Shown one piece after another: positions 1-13,632 of a stretch of 64,000 nt of DNA; the stretch's first letter is position 1, and every line of letters starts with the position of its first letter. This stretch comes from Isurus oxyrinchus (lineage: Eukaryota). Position numbers and translations under genes: made by a program. The notes under the pieces were generated by a model. It was given only the letters and a program-made list of their open reading frames with translations, was not told the origin of the DNA and made no database searches. Location: positions 12,958,001 through 13,022,000 of the forward strand of contig JANJGN010000002.1 in NCBI GenBank assembly GCA_026770705.1. Reading direction: 5' to 3'.

Positions 1-129
1 AGCTGTGAACAGCATCTTCTGCTGCAACAGTGTGACATTTTCCATTCCTCAAAAAACAATCATCTTAAGGTCTCTCTGAGTGACGGTTACTCATCAGTGC
101 CAGGAAGTCTTAGAAGTCTAAGAAACTCC

Positions 130-545
130 ACTGGAGTTTAGGAGAGTAAGAGACAACTTAATTGAAATATATAAGACCCTGAGGGGTCTTGACAGGTTGG
201 ATGTGGAAAGGATGTTTCCTCTTGTGGGAGAGTTTAGAACAAGGGGGGGTCACTGTTTAAAAATAAGGGATTGCCCATTTAAAATGGAAATGAGGAGAAT
301 TTACTTCTCTCAGAGAGTCATGAGTCTTTGGAACTTTCTTCCTCAAAAGACAGCAAAAGCAGAGTCTTTGAATATTTTTAAGGCAGAGTTAGATAAATTC
401 TTGATTAACTTGGGGTGAAGGATTATCAGGGATAGGCAGGAATGGGGGTTGACATTACAATCAGATCAGCCATGATCTTACTGAATGGTGGAGAAGGCTC
501 GAGGGGCCGAGTGGCCTGCTCCTGCACCTAATTCATATGTTCATA
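130..545 (+). mobile_element. CR1-type LINE 3' fragment
   Basis: RGDLIEIYK..MFPLVGE.RTRGH.LK ORF2 C-terminus plus 3' tail (gaatgg..ggcc.gagtggcct.ctcctgc). Confidence 0.8.
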
Positions 546-1538
546 TGTGCATAAACTGCCCAAATCATCTTACAGCTGGAATCTTCCAACCAACAGATGA
601 CGGAGACTCTGAGCTGTCTACAGCCCAAGATGCAGCAGCAAGGAAAAGGTACATAGCAACAGGCCAGGAGCTTCAATGTGGATGATGCTGCAGACTGTAA
701 TGTCACAGAACCACTTTTCACGAAGACAGAAGTGGAAACTATGAAATATTTGTGTATCTGGAATGCACTGACTGAAAGGTGGTAAAAGAAGATTCAGAAG
801 TAACTTGCAAAAGGGAATTAGATATATACTTGAAAAGGAGAAATTATCAGGGGTATGGGCAAAGAACAGAAGAGTGGAAATAACTGAACAGCTTTCTCAA
901 AATGCCGACTCAAACAATGAGGCCATCGGCCTCTTTCTGTGCTATATGATTCTGCAAATATGCAGCAGTGCCATTGACCATGAGAAGAGGTCACAAGCGT
1001 GGCGGTCACAATCAGAATTAAGCGAATAAGAGAGTTTAAAGGCGGTAGAAGAGATTGGAATACAGGGCCAACAAAAATAATGTGATGGAAATAGTGTGAA
1101 GAACATATCTTTTTATTTCTTTGGACTGTAGACTAAAATTACAATGGCTGTGGTTGAAAGACATGTCTACTAGAACAGTGTGAGGGATATATACAGTGTT
1201 GCTGTCCTTGAACAGAGTGTGGCAATAAAGGCAGGATGGTGCTGAGGAGGAGTTTGGTCTAATGGGGAACTGCCTAGCAACATTGTTTTAATTGGCACCT
1301 GACCAGGGTTTGTGTGAGAGCAGCAGCAGAATAGCTCCTAGCCTGAAAAGAAAAGATCTAAAACCTCTTTCTCCTGTATGTGTAAGTTTCCAGTAATTCT
1401 ACACTAATAGCTAGTTGGCTTTTTCTCCTCATATTTCTTTAACCTGCTCTCTCTCTAAAAACCCCTGTCAAGAGGAAAAGGGGAAAATCACCATTAGAGA
1501 CATTGAAAGGCAAGTGCTCAACCTGTGCACTAAAGACT

Positions 1539-2827
1539 TCTTATCCTGTCCACAGACAGTCTATACATGGCCCAGCCAGAACTGGACACATTTTTGCGCC
1601 TTGTTGTTGAATTCGGCAAGCTCTGCAACAATGCAGGGTTCCTCTAGCAATAGACATTGCAGAAGATGTTGCATAGTCTGTGGCTCAGTTCCACATTCAC
1701 AAGTTGTTGGGCAGGTTGTATATCCCCATTTGCTTAGAGACACCTTTGAACAACCTACACCAGTCCTAAGTCTGTTAAGGCACTTCCAGGTTGCCCAGTT
1801 GCAATTAGCTCCTGGGGGAAGGCTTTCATCCGGTAGAATTTCCATCGCTGGGGGTTGTTCGAGACTGGCGAGCCAGGCTTTCCACAAGGCAATGCAGGCT
1901 TCAGATGGGGTTGATTGTAATGGAACAACACTGTTTATGAAGCTCTTCCTTGACTTTAGGCAGCTGGGTGTAGGTGTATGACCATGTAGAGGGTGCCTCT
2001 CATCTGATGTTTGACGAAGTCGCTCTTTCTTGCTGGCTACCGTTCTTCTTATATCGGGGGAGCGATACCCGCCAGGATATATAGGCTGTTGGTGTTTGTT
2101 GGTTTTAAACAACCTGTGATAAGTCGGCAGCTTGCATTCAGAACAGCATCCATCTTCTTAGCATGAGTAGATCTTTCCCATGCAGGGCAGGCGTATTTGG
2201 CAGTGGAATAGCAAAGAGCAAGTGCACTGGTTCGCAATGTTTTCGAGCTTGCTCCCCATTTTGTGTTAATGAGCTTATTCAGGATGTTGTTTCATGCACT
2301 CACTTTTGCCTTTGTCTTTTCGATGTGGTTCTTGAAGGTGAGGCATCTGTCAATGGTGACTCCTAAGTAGATAGGGTGCTCGCAATGCGTCGTTGTTGCT
2401 CCATATCAGGTTACTTTAAGCTGGCATTTGGCTTCACGGTTTCTGAGGAATGCACAAACTTGCATCTTTGATGGGTTTGCGCGAAGGTGGTTTTCTTCAT
2501 AGTAGGATGTTAGTCCCTCCAAGGCCTCAGAAAGCGTTTTCTCCACAATGTTAAAATCAGTGCTTTGGGCAGTGACACCTAAGTCATCAGCATGTATAAA
2601 ACGGTTGGTCATTTGTGTAGATGTTGTACAGCAGCGGTGCAAGCAAGCTTCCCTGAGGAAGACCATTCTTCTGAATACGCCACCTGCTGCACTTCCCACT
2701 TAGTTCAACATAGAACCGGCGATTCTGAAGCATGCTTTCTAACAGCTCTGTTAAGTGAATATCTTTTGTCATCTCTAGGATCTTGCAGAGGAGACGTCTA
2801 TGGTTCACTGTATCGTATGCTAAATTT
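1539..2827 (-). mobile_element. 5'-truncated Vingi/Ingi-like (I group) non-LTR retrotransposon nested in the Gypsy 5' LTR
   Basis: RT motifs GLPQGS.LAPLLYNIYTND and HADD; C-terminal LNRLRTG..CECG..QTMQHLLQC; 11-bp TSD CACTAAAGACT at 1528-1538 and 2828-2838. Confidence 0.85.
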
Positions 2828-5800
2828 CACTAAAGACTGAAAGACCACCTTGTGTCATCAACAAAGAACTGAAAAGAATTTGGAAGACATCGATCAAAAT
2901 CAACCTATTGAATCCTGTACTCCAGAATTGGTGCTATTGAACTGCTTTATCCCACCCTTAAAATCCATGTTTTTGTGGTCTTATGTGTCATGTATGTGTG
3001 TGTATAGGGATTTAAGGAGGGGTAGAGTTTAGGTTATAGAGTTAAAAATCAGCAGTTCGTTTTTCTTTCTTTTGCCACTGCTTCAAGACAATTGGTTCAA
3101 TAATCAGTTATTTACTTATTAAGTTTACAAAACCTGGTGCTCACATTCTGTTAACCTAAATTAAACAATTAGGTGGGAGTAGGATTGCCTTCCAAAGCTA
3201 GGAAGGCAGCGATAATCGAAGAGACAGCACAGCATTTAAAATTGGAAGAAGACCAAAGATCTCCAAGGGGTGGTTCATTTGAATGGGCTCAAATTCAGTT
3301 GCAAATAAAAAAATTGAAACTAGAGGCAGAAGAAAAAGAAAAGGAAAGGGCATTCCAAAGGGAACAGGCAGAAAGGGCAGAAAAAGAAAAGGAAAATGAA
3401 AGAGAAAGGGCATTTCAAAGGGAGTTGGAATTTGGTGAAGTTAGAAAAGGAGGAAAGGGAAAAATAGAGAGAATTCCAGCTTAAAATGCTGGCAGTTAAG
3501 AAAAGAGATACCAGTAGGTGAAGCAGGACTTCTTTCCAGATCAGAACCCAATAGGGAGATGTTTAAATTTGTACAAGCTCTTCCAAGGCTTGAGGAAAGG
3601 GATGTTGAAGCATTCTTTATTTCATTTGAGAAGATAGCTAAACAGATAAACTGGCCAAAGGAAACCTGGGCATTTTCCATGCAGAGCAAATTAACAGGTA
3701 GAACCCAGGAAATTTATGCTTCACTATCAGAGGAGGCTTCAGGGTATTTGGTGAAAAAGGCCATTTTCAATGCATATAAGTTGATCCCTGAAGAATACAG
3801 ACAAAAGATTCGAAATTTAAGGAAACAGCTTAGGCAAACTTACATTGAATTTGAAAGGGTTTGATGGGCATTATGAGTTGAAACTACCTATGAAGTTCTC
3901 AGAGAGACCATTCTCTTGGAAGAATTTAAAAACTCCCTACCTTCTGTAGTAAGAACCCATGTTGAAGACTGCTAGACAGGCAGCAGTAATGGCTGATGAT
4001 TATTAGCTGATCCATAAAACTAAACCTTTTTTCCATCACCCCCATAAATTTGAGAAGGATAGAAAGTGAGAGAGTGAAAGTAAGGAAGTAGTCAGGGTAG
4101 AGAATGAATAACTGGGAATACCTTGAGATCTCCTCCCCAGATCAGGAAGGAAGGTGCTGAGGATGGTGGTGAAACTCGTAGGCCTAAATATTTCCATTGC
4201 AATAAAGTGAGACACATTCATTCAGAATGCTGGATGTTGCGAGGGAAACCCATGGGACTTATTGGAGTTCATAAGAATGAGTCCGAAAAGGGAACTCAAA
4301 AAGAAAATGCCACGGATCAAATTGTAGCTTTAACTACAAATAAGGGATTGGAGATAAACGCTGCTGTGAATGCAGGTGAAGTGAATAAGGTAGGTGAGAG
4401 ATATAAAGGGTCTTTGTTTAAAGGAAAGATAACTCCTTTTTCATCAAACATACAGCTAAACCCATAAATATATTAAGGGACACAGGAGCTACTCAAACTC
4501 TTTTGCTGGAGAAGGACCTAATTTTCCCTCCAGAGAGTTCAATGAAAGCTAAAGTATGGTAAACGGGAAAAGTGGAGAATATATCCTGGTTCCATTGTAC
4601 AAAGTGCAACTGGAGAGTTATTTATTGGTGGTTGTAGGAGTGGTTAAGAGATTACCTGTGGATGGAGTTGATTTACTCCTGGGGAATGTTTTGGCAGGAG
4701 TGAAAGTTATAGCTTCGCCCATAATTACGGAAAGTCTGAGAAAGGCTACAGCAGTTACGAGAACAAATTTCTGGCATTTTTCCATCATGTGTGGTGACTA
4801 GAGCAATGACTAAATAAAGTACAGGTCAAAGTAATACCGCGAGCAGATGTTAGAGTAGCTGAAACTTTCTTTAAGGATGAGGATAATTCAAAAGAAGTGT
4901 TTGGCATGTCTTCATTAATTGAGGCTCAGAAAGCAGATCCAGAATTAATCAAGTTAGCACAGACAGCTTACACTGAAGCTAAGGCTGAAGGAATTCCAGA
5001 GTGCTATTATATTAAAAATGGAGTTCTGATGAGGAAGTGGAGACACCCTCACAGACCTGCAGATGAGGAATGGACAGTTGTTCATCAGATAGTGGTTCTA
5101 CCCAAATATCATAAGGAGATATTGCGAGTAGCACATGAAATCCCTATGACAGGACATGTAGGAATACGGAAAATCCAAGCATCGATAGGCATTTTACCTG
5201 GCCAAGACTTCATAAGGACATAGTGCAATTTTGTAAAACGTGTCATACATGTCAGGTAGTAGGTAAACCTCAACGTGTAATCAAACCAGCACCTTTAATA
5301 CCCATACCAGTTTTTGAAGAACCATTCAGTCAGGTATTAGTAGAATGTGTGGGACCATTACCCAAAACGAAAGCAGGACATCAGTATATCCTTACAATCA
5401 TAAATATGATTTCCAGAAGCTATTCCTTTAAGGACAATTACAGCTAAGGTGGTAGTGGAAAAGTTTTTCATTCGTTATGGCTACCAATTGAAATGCAATC
5501 TGACCAAGGTTCCAACTTCATGTCTAAAATTTTCCAGAACCTAATCAGCAATTTAGGCATCAAACAAATAAAGTCTACTGCCTATCACCCAGAGACACAG
5601 GGAGCTTTAGAGAGATACCATCAGACTCTCAAAACAATGATTGAGACCTATTACCATGAATACCCAAAGGATTGGGACAAAGGATTAGAATTCTTACTAT
5701 TTGCTACCAGAGATTCTCCAAATGAATTTACTGGATCTAGTCCATTTGAATTGATCTATGGTCATGAAAGAAGAGGTCCATTAAAAGTGATTAAGCAGAA

Positions 5801-5961
5801 GTTTGTAAAGCAGAAAGACAAATCCTCCATGTTGTATTACATGCCCATGTTTCTAGAAAGACTCACAGGAGCATGTAAAGTAGGTGAACTACATAACTGT
5901 GTGGTTTATTTAGACGATGTCGTAATATGTAGTATCACATAGGAAGAACATGTAAAGCCAT

Positions 5962-6045
5962 TCATTATAATCAGCCATGATCATAATGAATGGCGGAGCA
6001 GGCCCATAGGGCTGAATGGCCTACTCCTGCTCCTAGTTTCTATGT
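5962..6045 (+). mobile_element. Short CR1-type 3' tail inserted in the Gypsy RT
   Basis: atcagccatgat..gaatggcggagcagg..gggctgaatggcctactcctgctcct; same tail as at ~465-540 and ~45320-45400. Confidence 0.75.
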
Positions 6046-7915
6046 AATTAGAGGACCTATTTAAACAATTACAGTTGGCTGGCTTAGTCATAAATCTGGC
6101 CGAAAGCGAATGTGCAAAAGCAAGGGTAACTTATCCAGGTTACATAGTAGGACAAGGGCAAGTGTTGCCAAGAACAGCAAAAGTGATTGCTCTAATAGAA
6201 TTCCCCATTCCTAAAACTAAACGAGAAATCATGAGGTTTTTGGGAACGTATATAGGAAGTTTGTGCCTAACCTCAGCACAATAGCTGTGTCTCTCACTAA
6301 TTTGTTAAGAAAACTGGTAAAAGTGGTATGGTCAGCAGAATGCCAAGGAGCCTTTGAAAATCTGAAGGCAATCTTAATAAATGAACCAATGTTGGCTGCT
6401 TCTGCCTTTACCAAATCCTTTAAAATGGCAAATGATGTTAATGACTTGAAGGTAGGTGCAGTCCTATTACAAGATTATAAATTGGGTATAGAGAAGGCTT
6501 TTCCAAGAAACTAAATCAATATCAGAGGAAGTACTCTACAGTAGAAAAAGAAATTCTAGTACTGTTGTTGTCTCTTCAACACTTTGAAGTTTTTGTCCGA
6601 CATGATTACAAAGAAACACTAATCTACACTGACCAAATCCGCTGGCGTTCATTGAAAAGTTTAAAACTCGAAATGCATGACTGTTTATATGTAGTCTATT
6701 GTTTCAACCATTCAATGTAAAGAGTGTTCACATTGCCAGCAAAGATCATGTGATCGCGGATGCATTGTCCTGGGTGTAAAATGCTAAAATAAGTTAAAGC
6801 GGTAAGAAATGTTGAAGATTATATAAGATTGTATAAGGGGTAGAAAGGATGAATAGAAGTAAGTCTCGTGTTTTGTTGTCCATGTGTCACATACTTTGTG
6901 ATGAAACACATTTTTGAAATGGTGTTTCATCTCTTTTAAGGGTGGAGGCATGTAAAGAACAAATCTTTTTATTTCTGTTGGACTGTGGACTAAAATTACA
7001 ATGGCTGCAGTTAAAAGACATGTCTACTGGAACAGTGTGAGGGATATATACAATGTTGCTGTCCTGGAACAGAGTGTGCCATGAAAGGCAGGATAGTGTT
7101 GGGGAGGAGTCTAGTCTAATGGGGAACTGCCTGGCACCAAAGTTTTAATTTTTCTCCTGACCAGGTGACCAGGGTTTGTGTGAGGGCAGTGCAGCAGAAT
7201 AGCTCCTAGTCTGAAAGGAAAATATTTAAAACTTCTCTTTCTTGTGTGTGTAGGTTTCCAGTAATTCTATACTAATAGCTAGCTGGCTTTTTCTTCTCAT
7301 ATCTCTATAACCTGTTCTCTCTCTGAAAACCCCTCTCAAGAGGAAAAGGGAAAAATCACCATTAGAGACATTAAAAGGCAAATGCTCAACCAGTGAACTA
7401 AAGACTGAAGATGCTGGAAGATCACCTCGTGTCATCAACAAAGAACTGAAAGGAATTTGGAAGACATCGATAAAAATCAACCCATTAAACCCTGTTCTCT
7501 GGAATTGGTGCTATTGAACTGTTTTCTCCCACCCTGAAAATCCAAGTTTTTGTGTGTCTCATGTGCCTTGTATGTGTGTGTGTATAAAGATTTAAGAAGG
7601 GGTACAGTTTAGGTTATAGAGTTGGAAATTAGCAGTTTATATTTCTTTCTTTTGCCACTAGTTAAAGACAATTTGTTCAATAAACAGTTATTCACTTATT
7701 AAGCTTACAAACCTGGTGCTCGTATTTTGTTAACTTAAATTAAACAATTAGGTGGGTTGATAAAACTTTTTCACATTTTTCACAGCTCGGGGAGCAGCGG
7801 GGCTTGATATTGCAGCACACGATCTCCAGTGAGTCGTGCCAATAGGCACAATGTTAACATGTTGCAGGAAGTAGGTGTGCCTCACCATCCTTTTAATTTG
7901 GACATATATAATTAC

Positions 7916-8037
7916 CAACATCAGTGCAGGTGTAGAGCCATGAACTGGCCAGATCCATAATGACCTGTCTTCCGAAGCTGTCAACAGCCATTTATTATTC
8001 TGAGTCCAACCAACACAATTCACAGCTCCATCATAAC
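7916..8037 (-). CDS. WDR27: WDR27 coding exon 17 (last exon found in the window)
   Basis: cag|GYDGAVNCVGWTQNNKWLLTASEDRSLWIWPVHGSTPALML|gtaatt; WD40 repeat; no stop, gene continues left of the window. Confidence 0.92.
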
Positions 8038-8977
8038 CTGAATGAAAGCACAGAATAAATGTTGAGTATTGTATAAGAAAGTACCTGAATTATAAAGGCT
8101 ATAAAGTATGCATATCAGGTGACAAAATGATAGTCATTGTGGACTAGGCCAAAGTTATTTCCTCCCTTGATTTTCCTCAGTCCTTAGCAATATCTTCTTT
8201 AAACGCTTTAGCACAGGGGCTACTCTGAAAGAAATTATCAGAAATACTACTACCATTTCAAGATCATATTAGTGCAGTACATCTGCCTAATTTTACAATA
8301 TAATACATGAATTAGCCTCAGAAGCTGGTGTTTCTGTTCTGGCAAAAAATTTCAGAGAAGCATCCCCAAAATGCTGTCAAAGATTCTGAATCCCGCTCTC
8401 GCACTGTTTAACTTGTTATTCACAATGGCCTTGCAAATCTTTGGTCAAATCATTTATGAAAGAGACAAGAAACATGAGCCATGATTACAATTGCGTATTA
8501 ACACTTCTGTGGAAAGGCAACAGGAACAATGCAAAACAAAAATCTAACAAGTGCAATTTTTTTAACTAACTTGTACAAACTATTAGTGAAAAGCTATACA
8601 CATGTTAAAGTAAAAACATTTACAAAGTGAGTTTTATGAATATATTAATCCATGTTTATTTAATCTACATAAGTAAAATAGTTTGGTTTAAAAAAACATC
8701 GAAGTGCAGATGCAAGTTTTGCAGAGTTTCAGTGCTGCCCTCTTGTGTACAGAATATTATTATTGAAACAATAGGATTAGAAATTTGAACTGCTTTGGCT
8801 TGCCATTAGTGCCAATGAACATGTAGCGACTACCAGCAATTCTCTGGAATAATTTGCTGATTCAATCACAATTTGTTTTTCTGAACCAACAATAGGATGT
8901 GCAGGCACCACCACATTTACCCACATAAGATCCTCAAAGGGAGAAATTGAAGAATTGCTGTGTTTTGATTAAGAAGA

Positions 8978-9200
8978 AACATAGGAACATAGGAATAGAC
9001 CATTTGACACTTTGAGTCAGCTCCATCGTGGCTGATCTGGTTGTGGTCTCAGCTTCTCTTTCCTGTCTGCATCCCGTAGCCCTTGGCTCCTTGCCTAACA
9101 AAAATCTAACTTGGCTTTGAATAAATTCAAAGACCCAGCCTCCACTACTTTATGGGCAAGAGAATCCCACACACCAACCACCCTTTAGGAGAAAAATCCC
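8978..9200 (-). mobile_element. CR1-type LINE 3' fragment
   Basis: Degenerate reverse complement of the CR1 tail family. Confidence 0.55.
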
Positions 9201-9982
9201 ATGATACTGTTGTTCTTGTCCTTCTTAGAGCTCACAGGGTTGGGAGGATTCACACAAAATTAATGAAGATACTGAGAAGATACTGAGAAGATAGTTAATT
9301 GTGAATGGGTGAAAGTAGAAGGGGCTTAAAATCACTTATTTGATTGGTGAAAAATAGGCATGCCTTCAGAAAGGCATGGTCAGGTATGAGGTTGCAACCT
9401 AGCAATTTGGTTAAAAAAATGCCAAAATGTTATTTAATTTGGACAGGCAGCCTCGGGGAATAACTTGTGCTGAACAGCTTTTACTTGAACACACATACTG
9501 CAGAGTTTGCTCTGGAAATTAAGCATGAGAATGCAGCTAAGTATTTGTATCAGTGGCCTTGAAATATGCCAAACATACAAATGTTTAATTCGTTTGCATG
9601 CAGTTCCTTTCTTTGCCACTTCAACAGAGAAGTTAACTCAACTGAAATAACTTTCGCAGAAATAGCACAGAGGAATTCTGAGTAAACACGTTAAGGTCTG
9701 TCTTCTAAATAACTGTACACTAAATTGCATTTAACACAGGAGAACTTGGTCATGGCCAGTTTAAATGTAAGGAAACCATTACTTATTATGAAGTTAAATG
9801 CTTCTCCCTTTGACATGCTGGGGAAGAATAATCCAATGGCCATATGAAGTCTGTGTATGAGAAAAGTCAACTGGAAAGTAGGAATATCCTGACAACTATT
9901 ACAAATAATAAAATAATAGATACGAAATAGCTTCAAAACCTATTTTTGCACTTTTTAATCAAAACCTATTCACAGCTGTTAC

Positions 9983-10072
9983 CTTTAAACACAGTCGGGG
10001 GTCCAGTAAGTGATGAATTATAAACAAGCATGGAACAGTCAGCCAATCCAACAGCAAGCAGCTTTCCATCTC
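9983..10072 (-). CDS. WDR27: WDR27 coding exon 16
   Basis: cag|GDGKLLAVGLADCSMLVYNSSLTGPPTVFK|gtaaca; 90 bp, phase 1 to 1. Confidence 0.92.
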
Positions 10073-10469
10073 CTGAAAAATACCATTAAATCAGGGGCTG
10101 AAGAAGTGCCATAGCTTTATTCCTGGGTAAAGGTTGTTGTAGAGTCCAACTACTGGTTACAGCATTTGAAAATTATATACTTATTTTTAATGTCCTTGAC
10201 AGATGAATAGATAATATGGATATGACACACCTGACAGGTGCACATGCACCTACACGCATGTGCCAAGCAGATGCCTTTTTAAGTTTTCATTCGCCTAGTA
10301 ATTGTTCAGGCAATATGAATAGTGTTCTGCGTGTAGTTTTTCTCATTGGATTTATGTTTGCAAACACAGTACATTAGTCAGTTTTAAAGAATAAGCACCA
10401 AAAAGAAGCAGATCACATAAACTAGATTTGATTCAGTTGAAAGACAGCTCTTGCTTCAGGCAAGCTAGA

Positions 10470-11990
10470 TCACACGTGCACCAATCCACGGCCAGCCACA
10501 TGCATCAGTCCACGGCCAGCCACCTGCACCAGTCCAGGCCCAGTCACTTGCACCAGTCCACGGCCAGTCACCTGCACCAGTCCATGGCCAGCCACCTGCA
10601 CCAGTCCAGGCCCAGTCACCTGCACCAGTCCAGGCCCTGTCATCTGCACCAGTCCAGGCCCAGTCACCTGCACCAGTCCAGGCCCAGTCACCTGCACCAG
10701 TCCACGGCTAGTCACCTGCACCAGTCCAGGACAAGTCACCCGCACCAATCCACGGCCAGCCACCTGCACCAGTCCACAGCCAGTCACCTGCACCAGTCCA
10801 CGGCCAGTCAACTGCACCAGTCTACAGCCAGCAACCTGCACCAGTCCACAGCCAGTCACCTGCACCAGAACACAGTCAGTCACCTGCACCAATCCACGGC
10901 CAGTCAACTGCACCAGTCCACAGCCAGCCACCTGCACCAGTCCACGGCCAGTCACCTGCACCAGAACGCGGTCAGTCACCTGCACCAATCCACGGCCAGT
11001 CACCTGCATCAGTCCAAGCCAATTCACCTACACTAATCCACAGCCAGTCAACTGCACTTGTCCACAGCCAGCCATCTGCACCAGTACACGGCCAGTCACC
11101 TGCACCAGTACACGGCCAGTCACCTGCACCAGTAAACGGACAGTCACCTGCACAGGTACAAAACCACACCCAATCACCTGCACAGGTACAAAACCACACC
11201 CAATCACCTGCACAAGTACAAAGCCAGTCACCTGCACCATTCCACTGTCAGTCACCTGCACCAGTACACGGCCAGTCACCTGCACCAGTACACGGCCAGT
11301 CACCTGCACCAGTAAACGGACAGTCACCTGCACAGCTACAAAACCACACCCAATCACCTGCACAGGTACAAAACCACACCCAATCACCTGCACAGGTGCA
11401 AAGCCAGTCACCTGCACCATTCCACTGTCAGTCACCTGCACCAGTACATGCCCAGCCAGCTGCACCAGTCCACGGCCAGCCACCTGCACCAGTCCACGCA
11501 CAGCCACTTGCAACCAGTCCATGGCCAGACAGCTACATCCAGTCCATGCCCAGCCAGCTGCACCTTTCCACAGCCATCCACCCAGTCAACTACACCAGTC
11601 TACACTCAGTCAACTGCATACCACTCCCAGCCAATTGCACTAGTCCATGCCCAGCCATCTGCATCAATCTACACCCAGTCAACTACACCAGTTCATGCCC
11701 AGCCATCTACATCAATCCACACCCAATCACCTACGCCCAGTCAGCTACACCAGTACATGCCCAGCCACCTGCAAACAGTCTTCATCCAGCCACTTGCAAA
11801 CAGTCCTCACCCAGTTCTTTGTACCCAATCAACACCCAGCCACTTGCAACCAGTCCACAGACAGTCACCTGCACCAGTCCACAGTCAGCCACTTGCTACC
11901 AGTCTACGACCAGTCACCTGCACCAGTCCATGCCCAGCCATGAGCAACCAGTCCACGGTGAGTGACCTGCAAGCATTCCATGACCAATCA
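10470..11990. repeat. 24-bp minisatellite (CACCTGCACCAGTCCACGGCCAGT) with a 180-bp higher-order duplication
   Basis: Directly visible tandem units, decaying to the right; the sequence starting at 11101 recurs at 11281. Confidence 0.95.
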
Positions 11991-12374
11991 CCAGCAGCCA
12001 TCTGCCAGCTACAAGTTCCCAGTCCAATCCAGCAGCCAATCTCCAGCATCTGGCTTGCAGTCAGCAGCAGAGTGGTGAGAGGGCTCAAGTGTTCCAATTT
12101 ATACAAGCACTGTAGTTAGAATCAGGAGTGGAAGAGGCAGCAGCACTGATACAGCTGCCAATAATAGCAAGCTTCTGAATAAATACAGAGGTGGCACAGA
12201 AACAGGAGAAACTGCACAACATTTCCATTAATAGGTCCAATTCCTTCTGTAAAAGCTGACGATCAGCACTGCTGAATCTCCAGCTTTCAATGCTTGCAGC
12301 AAATTTTGCACTTTACAAATAGCCTGGGTAAGGGTTTGCTGCAACAGATGCAAACCTTGATCATATCTTAAAAT

Positions 12375-12790
12375 CGGGGAGGCAACGGCATAGTGGTATT
12401 GTTGCTGGACTAGTAATCCAGAGACCCAGAGTAATGCTCTGGGGACCTGGCACTTGTTGCCCACCTCTAATTGCCCTTGAACTAAGTGGTCTGCTAGGCC
12501 GTTTCAGAGGGCAATTAAGAGTCAACCACACTGCTCTGGGTCTGGAGTCACACCAGGTAAGGATGCAGATTTTCTTTCTTAAAGGACATTAGTGAACTAG
12601 ATGGGTTTTACGACAATCGATGGTAGTTTCATGGTCACCATTACTGAGACTAGCTTTCAATTCCAGTTTTTTTTAAAAATTGAATTCAAATTCCACCAGC
12701 TGCCAAGGTGAGATTTGAATTTGTGTTCCCAGAGGACTGTGCCTCTGGATTACTAGTCGAATGACATTACCACAACACCACCATCTTCTC
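12375..12790. mobile_element. Two tRNA-derived SINEs in opposite orientation (+ head 12375-12450; - copy ~12452-12790)
   Basis: ggc.tagtggta..g..ctggactagtaatccagag head present on both strands. Confidence 0.7.
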
Positions 12791-13632
12791 CTAAACTGCC
12801 ACGTTGAAACTATTAGCTCTTTAGAGTGTTGCAGATCCCAGGTCTTTGCTGCAGCATTATTTCTCCATATTACTTTCTGAGACAAAAGGAGACATACTTG
12901 CCTGCTTTCATACACAGACAAAACTCTTCCCATTCATGTCCAGATGCACAATGTCATCAAAGATCTTGGGAGATTTCTCAAAATTTCATCACATTTGAAA
13001 TTGATCTACAGCTGGCATTAAGTTGAAGCAAAGTTAGACTATCTCCTCAAACTGGTATTACCAAAATGCAATGTGCCGGTAGTATTTACTCAGCAGTATT
13101 TTTCTGTTGTGGCATGAAGAAAGCACCACATCCACATGAATCTGTCATAAAAGTGGGCCATTCAATGCAGACAAGTAAACTACAGAACGGAAAAGTAATG
13201 CTTTGTGTTTCAGCTATTTCTCCTCAAGTAGTAACATAAAGCAACCCAGGCGAAATAACTTCTGTATCCCTTCTCCATATACTAATTGTGATCATCTCAT
13301 CTGGTCAAAAATTTGTCAGCTCCAGGATATCCATGTTGAAAGGAAGAAGACAAAGCAGAATACTTTCCATCCAGATAGTGATATCAGCACATGCAAAAAT
13401 GACCCAATATTTTGGATATGTCACAGGAAACACATTGATCTTAGTCGGTCTGACAGAATCGATCTGCAATCCCCCCGTATCCCCCACATCATCTTCAGTT
13501 AACAGGAGCATTTCACAATAAAGCATTAGTACAATTTTCCACTGCAGTTTGCTGCATATTTTAATGAGAAGGAATTGGCAAAATGTAAATTACTGTACAT
13601 TATAATTACTTTTAACTTGTTGCAGTGGCCTT

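Larger units (their letters stand above)
1095..7841 (+). mobile_element. Gypsy LTR retrotransposon, Gmr1 type (gag-PR-IN-RT-RH), decayed
   Basis: Homologous LTRs at 1095..~3176 (interrupted, 3'-truncated) and 6951..7841; TG...CA ends; TSD ATAG at 1091-1094 and 7842-7845; polypurine tract before 6951; gag F.SFEKIA...W, CCHC knuckle, protease LRDTGA, integrase HHCC plus SDQGSNF, then RT YLDD and RNase H; many stops. Confidence 0.92.

Noticed and set aside
10428-12119. Long His/Gln/Ser-rich ORFs (HLHQSTAS repeats)
   Set aside because: Artefact of a 24-bp repeat unit; open in several frames on both strands.
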